64,000 bases of DNA, from the NCBI GenBank assembly GCA_000165345.1, contig CM000430.1:896001-960000 (forward strand). The letters are read 5' to 3'. The translations under genes were made by a program, and so were the position numbers. The notes beneath the pieces are model-generated. The model was not told where the DNA came from and did not search any database. It saw only the letters and a list, made by a program, of their open reading frames with translations. This document shows positions 50,762-60,350 of the stretch, piece after piece (the stretch's first letter is position 1; each line of letters starts with the position of its first letter).

Positions 50762-51196
50762 TTCGTGAAAATATTGGTTATTTAGTTTTCTTGGAAGCAT
50801 TTTCAAGTCCATTCTATTTGGAGACTTTGGTGGAGAATTTTGATTTTGAGCTGAGCCAAAATGAATATCAGTCTTCTTATGTGAATGACGCTGTACCATA
50901 TGGAAATTCAAAACTTTAACCTTTTTTTTATTTCTCACTTTACCTAAAAGTCTAGATAAGTGTATCTTCAAAATAGTGATTTGGTACATCAAACCAATAT
51001 ACCTTCTAATTTTAATCTTTTTAACTAAGTCATTTAAATCATTACCAATATTAGCCAGCTCCTTCACACAACTAAGTCGATTTATATCATCTTTAACTTT
51101 AATTTTTTCCACCTTTTCTGGATCATAATTATGTATATGCTTAAATGCGGAATTCTCTTGTCTTCTTATTGGTACTACTAACTTCAACTTCTCCAT
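50750..51196 (-). CDS. Basic Lys-rich ORF (148 aa from the first ATG), likely the N-terminal segment of the 47907..50717 gene
   Basis: The ORF-track start 51211 is TTG; the ATG is at 51196. It ends FHEGGV-TAA inside the hairpin. With G6 instead of G5 the reading continues ...FHEGGSIISRHTPPNENSMSSFLGNIRK into the downstream ORF. Confidence 0.4.
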   Translation of the reverse strand: MEKLKLVVPIRRQENSAFKHIHNYDPEKVEKIKVKDDINRLSCVKELANIGNDLNDLVKKIKIRRYIGLMYQITILKIHLSRLLGKVRNKKKVKVLNFHMVQRHSHKKTDIHFGSAQNQNSPPKSPNRMDLKMLPRKLNNQYFHEGGV

Positions 51197-51366
51197 TTTA
51201 TTATCAAACAAAAAATACCACCTTCATATATTCCTAATAAATTCTTTAACCCCTCTATTAATTAAATATCTTTTATTTATCCCTTATCTTAATTTACACA
51301 CCCAATCTTCTATTTCATGCATTATATGCACCAATGTCATTTAAAAACCTACTATGCACTCATTAA

Positions 51367-51392
51367 TTTGGCGCCCAACCAGATGGCGCCAT
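51367..51392. promoter_or_regulatory. Double E2F-like element TTTGGCGCCC ... ATGGCGCCAT in a divergent promoter
   Basis: Lies between the minus-strand ATG at 51196 and the plus-strand ATG at 51618. Confidence 0.5.
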
Positions 51393-51617
51393 TGTTGCAC
51401 TTGTAATATTATTACTGTTGAGAGGTACCGAGGGTAAAAAAGAACTATATATGTATTTTTCTGAACAAGAACAAGACTGAAAGAGATTCTGCTGAATCTT
51501 TGCTCAATTTGGAAGAGCTTTTATCAGTTTTTTGTTCTTAACCAACTTTACGTGTTTTGTCTTTACAGCGTATTTAACAGCCGAAAATATATAGAGAGCA
51601 AAATAAAAAAAATTAAT

Positions 51618-54600
51618 ATGAGCTGGTGTGATCCATCTCATACAATTATTAGTTTGGAATTCGCATATGGCTACTTAAAGTTTATAATTCTATACTTTTT
51701 ATCTTTGGTGTTATGGGGTCTCTATAGGCATCACCTTCATCTTAAGGTAGAGGCTGAGATTCCCTCATCTACATCAGAAAAAGAAGCTCTGATTGGATTC
51801 AGAGACAGCATTATTGGAATTTCACTGAAATATATATATTCTGTCTTAATTTTACTGTCACAAATCTTTTTGTGCATTGTAGTTTGGAATGTTGTTTGTG
51901 CAACTTCATCTGAAGTCCAGCCTTATTGGACCACTAGAGCAAAAACATATATTATATTCTATATGTCAGGATTGTCGATGTGCCTAATACTTTACTTTTT
52001 GGAGCCTTTCTTTGAGACATTCTTTTATTTAAGAGAGACTTTGGACAAGTGTGCTTATGTAAAATCTAAAAAAAGACATGGTTTTACTCAAACTCTCAGA
52101 AGCACTCTCAATAAAGCCTTGCAGAGAGAAGCTTCGAATGTTCAACTTGAATCTAATGATTTAATTCTACCTCTGTTAAAAGTGCAAAAGAGAGCAGATA
52201 AGACTAGATTCATCTGCCATAACCAAGTTACATATACATTTTTAGAATCTGAATCAGGTTTTGTTTGTTGTGATCAAAGTAATCTAAATGAGCTTGTAGG
52301 GAAAGAAGGACTCCTTAATAATGGTCTAAATTCTGAAGAAATTAGTAGATTGTCAAATATTATTGGGAAAAATACTATAGATCTTGAAATTCCAGGAATA
52401 TCTCAAGCATTTGCTAAGGAACTACTCCACCCTATTAATATTCTCAGATTAGGTTCTCTTTGGCAAGGAATTTTTTTGAGATTCTATATCTGGGCAGTTC
52501 TTTGGGCAATAATGATTATTTTTACTACTTTTAAAACTCTTAAAGTGATTATATCTAACCAAGAAAACATTAAAAAGGCACTTGAAAATTATATTGGACG
52601 TCCCATCTCAGTCTTGAGAAACGGAAAAAAGGTCAGAATACCCTCCCATGATCTTGTTCCTGGCGATTTAATATTTTTGTCGCAAGACTTAACTGCTCCT
52701 TGTGACATTTATGTGGTTTCAGGATGTGTTGTAGTCAATGAATCTTTTATCACTGGTGAGTCAAACCCTATATTAAAGGTACAGATCGATAGAAACTCAT
52801 TTTCTAATATTACCAGTACTCAACCAGGTAATAAATCCTCGAGCATGACAAACTACGAACTGAAAAATCGAACATGTTCTACTTTGGATTCTATTAACTT
52901 GGATAAATTGGAAATTAACTCAAAAGATGAATGCAACCCTATTTCTCATGATTCTAAGGTTTTACATGAAGATAAAATCATACAAAAGCCCATTTTTATG
53001 GGTACTAAAATTATAAGCTCATTTTCATATGGTGACTACTCAAAAATAGCAATAGGAATTGCATTCAGAACTGGAATATACTCTTCTTATGGTCAATTGC
53101 TTTACAAGACTGTCCACTCATTCTCTAATATAAGCCAATACTCTGTCTCAAACGTGAAATATATCAGAAATCTTAAAGCACTATGGATTATTATGCTTTC
53201 ATCTGCATTTGCTGCAATTTTATACCAGAACCATTTACTTGGTTGGAGTACTGGGTCATTCTTCTTTGCTGTTGGAACCTTTATCCAGCTTTTACCTCTC
53301 TGGGCACCTTCATGTATTCAGTTTTCCCTTAATAAAAGTGTAGAAAGGCTTGTAAATCTGTTTTCATTGTCTTCTACTTTTCCAATGGATATTCCTTTAG
53401 CTGGGAAACTTAAAGTTTTATGTCTAGACAAAACAGGTACTCTTACTACAAACAAAATGATCTTTATTGGTGCAGCAAATGCTATAAAAAATAATAGCTT
53501 TGGATACCCGAATAATATTGCTCATCTTTTAGAGAATAGCAATCCAAATATCAATCTTGAACTTCAAAAAAATAAAGAATCCAAAAGTGTCCAACATATT
53601 GATCATAATAGAAATTCACTTAATATTTACGTTCATTACGAGCTCGTCTGGGAAACATCCACCGTATCATATGAAGAAGAAGATCCTCTAATTAATAAAT
53701 CTACTGGAATTCTTGTAAACCCAATTAGTTCTGAACCCAAATTCCTTCCTCCAATTATTAGCTCCGATTCTTTTTCTCCAGACGACCTTATTTACATTGG
53801 ACTTTGTTGTTGTCATAATATTGTTCCACAAATTACCAACAATGGAACTATTCTAATAGGTAACGATATAGACAAGGCATTATTCACTTCAACTAATGCC
53901 AAAATTAAAATATGCAATGAGAGAAGGTTCATTTCACTCACTGGAGCAAGCGATGAAGACTCAGGTTCAGTTGATAATATTTATGAATACCCAATCGAAG
54001 TTTTGAGAATTAATGAGTTCGATTGGAATAATCCTTGTATGTCTGTGGTAGTTCACCACCGAATATTTGACAGATATTACATTTTCTGTAAAGGATCCTT
54101 TGATGTTTTGACTAAATTCTCTCCAAATAAAGAGGAAATCCTTACCGAGAAACATAAATATCTCAATACTTCAAATAGTTTAGATACAGAGGATGAACAG
54201 GAGCTTGTTGATGCTTTTGAAGTCCTTAACTCCTCTGGTGAAATGGACAGCGACCTCTTAAATAAATACAATCACTCAAGATCCAACAATGTTCAAAAAC
54301 CTATAAGTCATATGAGTGAACATAATATTGTTGACGGTTACAGTAAATTGGGATACTATGTTATGGCAATGTCTTATAGAGAAATTAAAGACAAAGTTTT
54401 GATTGATGCACTTCTGAACAAGCCAAGATCTAATGTTTCTAGAAATACACTTGAATCTGATCTAACAATCATAAGCTATCTTCTTCTGCAAAATGATCTT
54501 AGACCAAAAACTAGAGAATTTATTGATTCTATCAAAATGTCAGGAATTAGGCCAGTCATCTTAACAGGTGACTCAGCATTCACAGCACTATCTGTTGCCC

Positions 54601-56084
54601 GAAAAGCAGGAATAATCTCTAATAAGAACCCTGTTGCAATTGGAGATACTATTATTGACATAACTGGAAAGGAAACAATCGTTTGGTATGATGCTATTGC
54701 TGGAAATAACATAGTAATCTCTCCGAACAAAATCTATGAGTCCACTGAATATAACTCTTTAGTTGTTACATCACGAGCTCTAATGTTATTAAGATCTAAA
54801 AAGTACTTTAGACCTTCTAATTTTGAAATGGCAAATATGATGGGTCCTTTATCAAACTTTAGTTTTTTAAAGACATATTGTAGACTTGAGAAATTCTCTT
54901 CTGAAGAGCTTTCTTCTCATTCTTTGTTTGACCTAGTCTTTGATAGAATCAAGATTTTTGCAAGATCAAATCCTGAACACAAAAGAATCGTTATTTCAGA
55001 ATTCAAAAAGAGAAATATTGTGACAGGAATGATTGGAGACGGAGTTAATGATTTACCTGCATTCAAAATGGCAGATGTTAGTATTTCAGTCCATGAGAAT
55101 TCGTATTATTTTAACAACTTTATAAATAATAATAATTCTATTCAAGAAGAATCCATTCAAAATCATGAAAATTTCAGTATTAATACAGAAAACTCTCCAA
55201 TGACATTGGCATTTTCTTCCTTCTCTATTGAGGCTGACAATATTATGAGAGTTCTTGACCTAATTCGAGAAGGTAGAGCTGCAATGGTTACTACAATTTC
55301 TCTTTTTATGTTTCTTTCCTCTCAAGGTGTATTTTATTCATTTTACAAGAATGTTTTATTTGCTATTGCTCAAGCTAACCTTCCTGTAATGATCTATGTA
55401 TTTATTGACGTATTTCTAGTATTTCCTTCTATTTGGTTAATGATCCTCTGCAAACCAAAGAAATACATTAACTCATACAGGCCAACAGGAGCTTTACTTG
55501 GTAAACGAACTATTATATCATTCCTAAGCTTATTGGGAACGTGTTTCTCATTTTATTATATTGTTATGACAAGACTACTCAACTCTCCTTGGATGATTCC
55601 TTCCCTTAATCACAATGCAGAGATACCAGTTGAAAGATGGTTTCAACGTCAAGATAATTTTGAAGCTTCCGTAACTTCCATTTGGATGGGACTCCAACTT
55701 TCTTCATTATCTCTCATTTTTTCCTTTGGAGGTAAATTCAGAGAGAGAGTTACTAAAAATAAGCGTTTAGTTTTATGGGTAATATGTTGCCATATTTTCC
55801 TTTTATATTTATGTATAAGCAGTCCAAATGCCCTTACTTGTCTATTTAGAGTAAATTGTACTGACCAAATTGATAGATTTTGGGAGTTTCAAATCTTTGG
55901 TTATAATATTTTGAAAATTACAGGAGGGAAATTTCAAGGAGCTGGATCTCATAATGTATTTCCATTGGCTTGGAAAGTGGAATTTATTTTTTGGAACTAC
56001 TTTTCAATTTTATCCATGTCACTTATTTATTGGTGGATATCCTCAAACTCTAATTTAAAAAAAGTAAAATTTAGTGTATACTAA
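51618..56084 (+). CDS. Divergent P-type cation-transporting ATPase (subtype uncertain: P2-like catalytic motifs, long N-terminal membrane extension)
   Basis: The ORF-track start 51552 is GTG; the ATG is at 51618, giving 1488 aa. TGES (FITGESNPILK), phosphorylation site CLDKTGTLTTNKM and hinge GDGVNDLPAFKMADVSISV are all present. The M4 motif reads LLPLWAPS where P2 ATPases have IPEGLP. Three to four extra hydrophobic helices precede the actuator domain. Confidence 0.85.
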   Translation: MSWCDPSHTIISLEFAYGYLKFIILYFLSLVLWGLYRHHLHLKVEAEIPSSTSEKEALIGFRDSIIGISLKYIYSVLILLSQIFLCIVVWNVVCATSSEVQPYWTTRAKTYIIFYMSGLSMCLILYFLEPFFETFFYLRETLDKCAYVKSKKRHGFTQTLRSTLNKALQREASNVQLESNDLILPLLKVQKRADKTRFICHNQVTYTFLESESGFVCCDQSNLNELVGKEGLLNNGLNSEEISRLSNIIGKNTIDLEIPGISQAFAKELLHPINILRLGSLWQGIFLRFYIWAVLWAIMIIFTTFKTLKVIISNQENIKKALENYIGRPISVLRNGKKVRIPSHDLVPGDLIFLSQDLTAPCDIYVVSGCVVVNESFITGESNPILKVQIDRNSFSNITSTQPGNKSSSMTNYELKNRTCSTLDSINLDKLEINSKDECNPISHDSKVLHEDKIIQKPIFMGTKIISSFSYGDYSKIAIGIAFRTGIYSSYGQLLYKTVHSFSNISQYSVSNVKYIRNLKALWIIMLSSAFAAILYQNHLLGWSTGSFFFAVGTFIQLLPLWAPSCIQFSLNKSVERLVNLFSLSSTFPMDIPLAGKLKVLCLDKTGTLTTNKMIFIGAANAIKNNSFGYPNNIAHLLENSNPNINLELQKNKESKSVQHIDHNRNSLNIYVHYELVWETSTVSYEEEDPLINKSTGILVNPISSEPKFLPPIISSDSFSPDDLIYIGLCCCHNIVPQITNNGTILIGNDIDKALFTSTNAKIKICNERRFISLTGASDEDSGSVDNIYEYPIEVLRINEFDWNNPCMSVVVHHRIFDRYYIFCKGSFDVLTKFSPNKEEILTEKHKYLNTSNSLDTEDEQELVDAFEVLNSSGEMDSDLLNKYNHSRSNNVQKPISHMSEHNIVDGYSKLGYYVMAMSYREIKDKVLIDALLNKPRSNVSRNTLESDLTIISYLLLQNDLRPKTREFIDSIKMSGIRPVILTGDSAFTALSVARKAGIISNKNPVAIGDTIIDITGKETIVWYDAIAGNNIVISPNKIYESTEYNSLVVTSRALMLLRSKKYFRPSNFEMANMMGPLSNFSFLKTYCRLEKFSSEELSSHSLFDLVFDRIKIFARSNPEHKRIVISEFKKRNIVTGMIGDGVNDLPAFKMADVSISVHENSYYFNNFINNNNSIQEESIQNHENFSINTENSPMTLAFSSFSIEADNIMRVLDLIREGRAAMVTTISLFMFLSSQGVFYSFYKNVLFAIAQANLPVMIYVFIDVFLVFPSIWLMILCKPKKYINSYRPTGALLGKRTIISFLSLLGTCFSFYYIVMTRLLNSPWMIPSLNHNAEIPVERWFQRQDNFEASVTSIWMGLQLSSLSLIFSFGGKFRERVTKNKRLVLWVICCHIFLLYLCISSPNALTCLFRVNCTDQIDRFWEFQIFGYNILKITGGKFQGAGSHNVFPLAWKVEFIFWNYFSILSMSLIYWWISSNSNLKKVKFSVY

Positions 56085-56189
56085 TTAGATAAATATATTT
56101 TTATTAATTTAACTAAAATCTTAATATTTGGAAATAACTAATTTGACAGTCTCTAAAAGCGTTAATGAAATATATAGTATAATCTAGAT

Positions 56190-58451
56190 TTACTTATTAA
56201 TTTCTTCGATACCTAATTTAGCTAACATTTTTGGTATTGAAGTAGGCGTCCAATTTTCGGAGTTATCGTCTTTTTTAATTTCAGGATCTTTAATGAAAAT
56301 GACGCCCTGGTTAATGTAAAAGAATAGCTTTAAAAAAATTGGATTTGATTTAAAGTAGCTATTTTGAACCTTATTTTTAGATTCTGAATGATGTTCTTCA
56401 TATTCTATAGAATATATTTGCCTTCCATGGTCATTTTTTCTCCCACATTGCTTAATAACTAATCCCATTTCATCGGAAATCCATTCCAATGCCCCTAAAA
56501 TTAATGAGTCATCTTTGAGATTCATAAATTCTGGGATTTCTTCATCATGGTCCTTAAAAGACTCATAGTCAATCCAATCATTTGTCTTCTTTTTAATTTC
56601 TGGATCTAAGTCAGAATAGAAATTAATGTGATAGTCTATATAAATTAGTCCTTTAGTCAGAAAAGCTTTGCTTTTGGCAGATGCCATGGCTCCTTTGGAA
56701 AAAATTTCTCTCCAAAACTGATACCATTCAAGTAAATCTTTATATAAATTAACAAACTGTTCTTTATTGGCAGAACTTGGGGTCTCCTCTCTTGAATATT
56801 GTGTTAAACCATACTCATTTCTGATGTTGGATAACTTTAATTCAAGAGCTTTGATCCATTTGGGACCAATTACATCAGTAAATATCTGAGACACTAAAGA
56901 TTTACCAACCAAATCCTTGTTGAACCATAATTCAAGATGAGAAAAACAGTCTAATTGTTGTAATTTGTGGTTTTGTTCAACTTGAAGGTCAATTTTAAAA
57001 TAAGAAAGTAACTTTGGAAATATCTTTGACAAAATAATATTGTCAAATTCTTGTTTAATAAGATTGCTACGGTATGTCTCATGATCAAAAAATCCAATAG
57101 TTTCAAAATCTTCAGCTTCATAATCTTTTTCGGTTTCTAATATAGGTTTCCAAATAGTTAATAGTGATAATGGCCATTCTTCTGGAGGCTCCCATTCTTC
57201 CAAAGCATCATCAATGTGTTTTGATATAACTTTTGATATTTGATATCCCATTCCAAATTTGTAGTAATAAGGAAGCCATCTAAATAACCATTTATACTTG
57301 GAACTTTCAGAAATTCCTTCTGAGTTAGAGTCAATTTTATTGAGTTGAAGTTGATGGATCTGTTTATTCCAAATGATTTGCATTAGATTAGTTTTGATGA
57401 ATTCTGAAGGAATTAAATGAACCCAAATACTCAATAATGAGATTCCATATTCATTTTCTTTAATTGGATCCCACGAACAGATAAAATAAACTTCCAAATA
57501 CTTCCCTACAGTGTCTAATAAAAGTTGTTCAAAACATAGCTTGGAATCGTACTCTTTCTCTGTTCTGGAAGTTTGTAGATTGACAAATAAAGCCTTTATG
57601 GCTATCCAAGCAGAAATTCCAAAATCAGGGTCTAGTTCCATATTCTTTTCTTTTTTATATAACTTTTGCAATGAAACTTTAAGAATATCTCTTACAATTG
57701 AGCAGTAAGGTAAATAAGATTTAGAAACTTCTTTTGAAGATGCATCACTACAGGAATCCAATACTCTATTAAAACTTTCTGAGAACTCTTGTACAACTTT
57801 TTCAAGAGAGTCCATCTGATCTTGAAAATCTTCGTTCTCAACTGAAGGGATATCTCCTTGCTCTTCAAATAAATTAACTATTTCATCCTCCATAATCTTT
57901 TCTAAATCATAGTGAAGTTTAAGAAAAATCCTTTGAATTTGTTTAGTGGTAATACTTAGATTCTCCATTATTGTTTTTTTTTCTTTTAAATTATCCAAGG
58001 AGCTGCTTTGATATTCAATTTCCAACTGTTTCTCATTAAAATAATCCTGCAATACTTTTCTATTTTGTTCACAGGCTTCTCTTTGTAAAGAAACAGACTC
58101 CATAATATCGTTTAGAAATGTTTTTTTTGGAAATATTTGATAAATTTTTGCTTCGGGGTCTTGATTTATTACCTCAGCCAGTTCATTTATGCTTGTTTTT
58201 TGTTTCTTGTTTTTTTCCTCAATATTTTTCACTTCTGTTGATTTATTTTCAAATTTATCAGATTTATTAAAACTATTATCGCGTTCAATCGCAATACCAA
58301 GATTTGCTGGCCTTATTTTAACTTGAATTGGCTCTGATATTCCACTTCCATCCACTCCAAGTCCTCCTCCTTTGAATCCCATCTTCCTAATAATATCAAA
58401 CCCCTTGCCATATTTTGCCCTTAAATCTTCTGATCCTTTAGATTCTTTCAT
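56190..58451 (-). CDS. TFIP11/Ntr1 (Spp382)-like G-patch spliceosome-disassembly factor
   Basis: 753 aa. N-terminal G-patch (GKGFDIIRKMGFKGGGLGVDGSGISEPIQVKIR). C-terminal GCFC-like region with matches to TFIP11: SIWVHLIPSEFIKTNL (compare SWVHIIPVWILDNIL), KWLFRWLP (compare HPWLPL), and terminal ...FYINQGVIFIKD...NWTPTSIPKMLAKL (compare [29 protein letters not shown]). Confidence 0.7.
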   Translation of the reverse strand: MKESKGSEDLRAKYGKGFDIIRKMGFKGGGLGVDGSGISEPIQVKIRPANLGIAIERDNSFNKSDKFENKSTEVKNIEEKNKKQKTSINELAEVINQDPEAKIYQIFPKKTFLNDIMESVSLQREACEQNRKVLQDYFNEKQLEIEYQSSSLDNLKEKKTIMENLSITTKQIQRIFLKLHYDLEKIMEDEIVNLFEEQGDIPSVENEDFQDQMDSLEKVVQEFSESFNRVLDSCSDASSKEVSKSYLPYCSIVRDILKVSLQKLYKKEKNMELDPDFGISAWIAIKALFVNLQTSRTEKEYDSKLCFEQLLLDTVGKYLEVYFICSWDPIKENEYGISLLSIWVHLIPSEFIKTNLMQIIWNKQIHQLQLNKIDSNSEGISESSKYKWLFRWLPYYYKFGMGYQISKVISKHIDDALEEWEPPEEWPLSLLTIWKPILETEKDYEAEDFETIGFFDHETYRSNLIKQEFDNIILSKIFPKLLSYFKIDLQVEQNHKLQQLDCFSHLELWFNKDLVGKSLVSQIFTDVIGPKWIKALELKLSNIRNEYGLTQYSREETPSSANKEQFVNLYKDLLEWYQFWREIFSKGAMASAKSKAFLTKGLIYIDYHINFYSDLDPEIKKKTNDWIDYESFKDHDEEIPEFMNLKDDSLILGALEWISDEMGLVIKQCGRKNDHGRQIYSIEYEEHHSESKNKVQNSYFKSNPIFLKLFFYINQGVIFIKDPEIKKDDNSENWTPTSIPKMLAKLGIEEINK

Positions 58452-58883
58452 TTTGGAAGGAAGACTTTAATTTTCGTTGAAATTCACATAATTGTTTTAT
58501 TGAGATCTATAGTAAAAAGTATGACAAACGCGATTTATTAAAGCCTATTGCTTTTCTAAATTGAAAAAAAAAATGAAAAAAGTCACCTTCATTACTGAAT
58601 GCCCAAATTATCAAAAAATCGTACTATGCCAAGTTCCAATAATATCACTCAAATCTAAGTAGAGAAAATGATTAGCTTGCAACCTGCAATCACAAACTAA
58701 AAATGAGAGAATTTAGCAAAATAATATCTCCTGGAAAACTACTAAAAAAATACCATAAAACAAAATATAAAACACAAACAAAACACAAGGATCCTCACAT
58801 AAAAATCAAGAATATATCAGAAATACAAGTACTCAAATTTCAATGATCTCCATTTTGCAAATTTGTTTCTGAAAAAAACACAT

Positions 58884-58906
58884 ATGGCGGCACAACATTG
58901 GCGCCG
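58884..58906. promoter_or_regulatory. Double E2F-like element ATGGCGGCAC ... TTGGCGCCG in the divergent TFIP11 / eS6 promoter
   Basis: Lies between the minus-strand ATG at 58451 and the plus-strand ATG at 59172. Confidence 0.5.
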
Positions 58907-59171
58907 TCTCGAAACACTGGTACTTGAAGACAGACGTAGAAATATGAATATAAATTGGTAATAAAGTCAAAATATATAAATAAAGTATAAGAAGTATGTT
59001 ATTAAATATTTGATATAATTAATTTTAATTAAGCGGACTAATATTAATTGGAATAACTTTAATGTAAAACAGACCGCTCCTCTTAATAGCGACGCATATT
59101 AAGTTCGTCTAAGAAAACTTTGTAGACTATTAACCATCTTTTTTTCTTTGGTTTTTTGAGCAGTTCCCAAA

Positions 59172-59837
59172 ATGAAATTAAACATTGCTAATCCAACAAC
59201 AGGACTTCAGAAATGTATTGAAATTGACGACGAGAAGTTACTCTTACCTTTCTTCGAAAGAAGAATTGGTTCTGAACTTGACTGTAGCTTCTTGGGTGAG
59301 GAATTCAAGGGTTATATTTTGAAAATTACCGGTGGTAATGACAAACAAGGCTTTCCAATGATGCAGGGTGTTTTAACAAGTAATCGTGTTCGTCTTTTAT
59401 TCAGAAAAGGTATGAAATGCTATCGCCCACGTCGCACAGGTGAAATGAAGAGAAAGTCAGTCCGTGGATGCATCGTTAGCCATGACTTATCTGTATTAAG
59501 TTTGGTAGTTGTTGAGAGAGGAGAGCAGGATATTCCAGGACTTACTGATGGTGAAAAGCCAAGACGCCTTGGACCAAAGAGAGCTTCTAAGATCAGAAAG
59601 CTATTCAACCTCAGCCCATCTGATGATGTTCGTAAATTCGTTGTTCGCAGAAAGATTGAAGGTAAGGAAAAGACTAAGGCACCAAAGATCCAACGTTTGG
59701 TCACCAAGGAACGTTTACAGAGAAAGAAGAAATATAGACGTACACTCAAGGAGCGTTCTGAGGCATCTGCTAACGCCAAGAAGGAATACCAGAAGCTTCT
59801 TGAGACTTTGAAGGAGAACAAGACTAATACTAAATAA
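59172..59837 (+). CDS. RPS6: 40S ribosomal protein eS6 (RPS6)
   Basis: 221 aa. [126 protein letters not shown]...[19 protein letters not shown] matches eS6 throughout. Confidence 0.95.
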   Translation: MKLNIANPTTGLQKCIEIDDEKLLLPFFERRIGSELDCSFLGEEFKGYILKITGGNDKQGFPMMQGVLTSNRVRLLFRKGMKCYRPRRTGEMKRKSVRGCIVSHDLSVLSLVVVERGEQDIPGLTDGEKPRRLGPKRASKIRKLFNLSPSDDVRKFVVRRKIEGKEKTKAPKIQRLVTKERLQRKKKYRRTLKERSEASANAKKEYQKLLETLKENKTNTK

Positions 59838-60227
59838 GTTGGTAAATGACTGTAATAGTTATATTTAGTGAGTGCCTTATTACTAATAACTAGATGGTTA
59901 AAAACGTGCTCACTACTATTCCTGTTTATTTATAACACTTTAATTTAGCTTCTATTCAGTTTAAATAATTTTCATTAGGAAAAGTACCAAATTTTTTTTT
60001 TCAATATTACATTTATTAGCTACTAATCCTTGATACTCACAACTTTGGGATTTTTACCACCCTAACGATCATTCCATTACTATTCACCCTTCCATTAAAA
60101 TATGAGAGTAATACGTATTTTTTTTATCATTTATATTACGCCCTACATTCCAATTTATTTCTTCCCTATTTCTGTAAATCTTTAGATTTTCGTCAAGCAT
60201 CTTTGTATAAAATGACATGGGCATCAT

Positions 60228-60243
60228 CCCGCCATATGGCGGG
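60228..60243. promoter_or_regulatory. Perfect 16-nt palindrome CCCGCCATATGGCGGG (two inverted E2F-like half-sites)
   Basis: It is its own reverse complement. Lies 108 nt upstream of the insulinase-like gene ATG (60351). Confidence 0.55.
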
Positions 60244-60350
60244 AAGTTTTACATGCATTATTTTATATAAATACGAGAATGACGAAAAGAGAGATGTTAA
60301 AAAAACTATCTAAGTAGGGGAAATTGAAAAGCATTGAAAGAAATCTTGAG

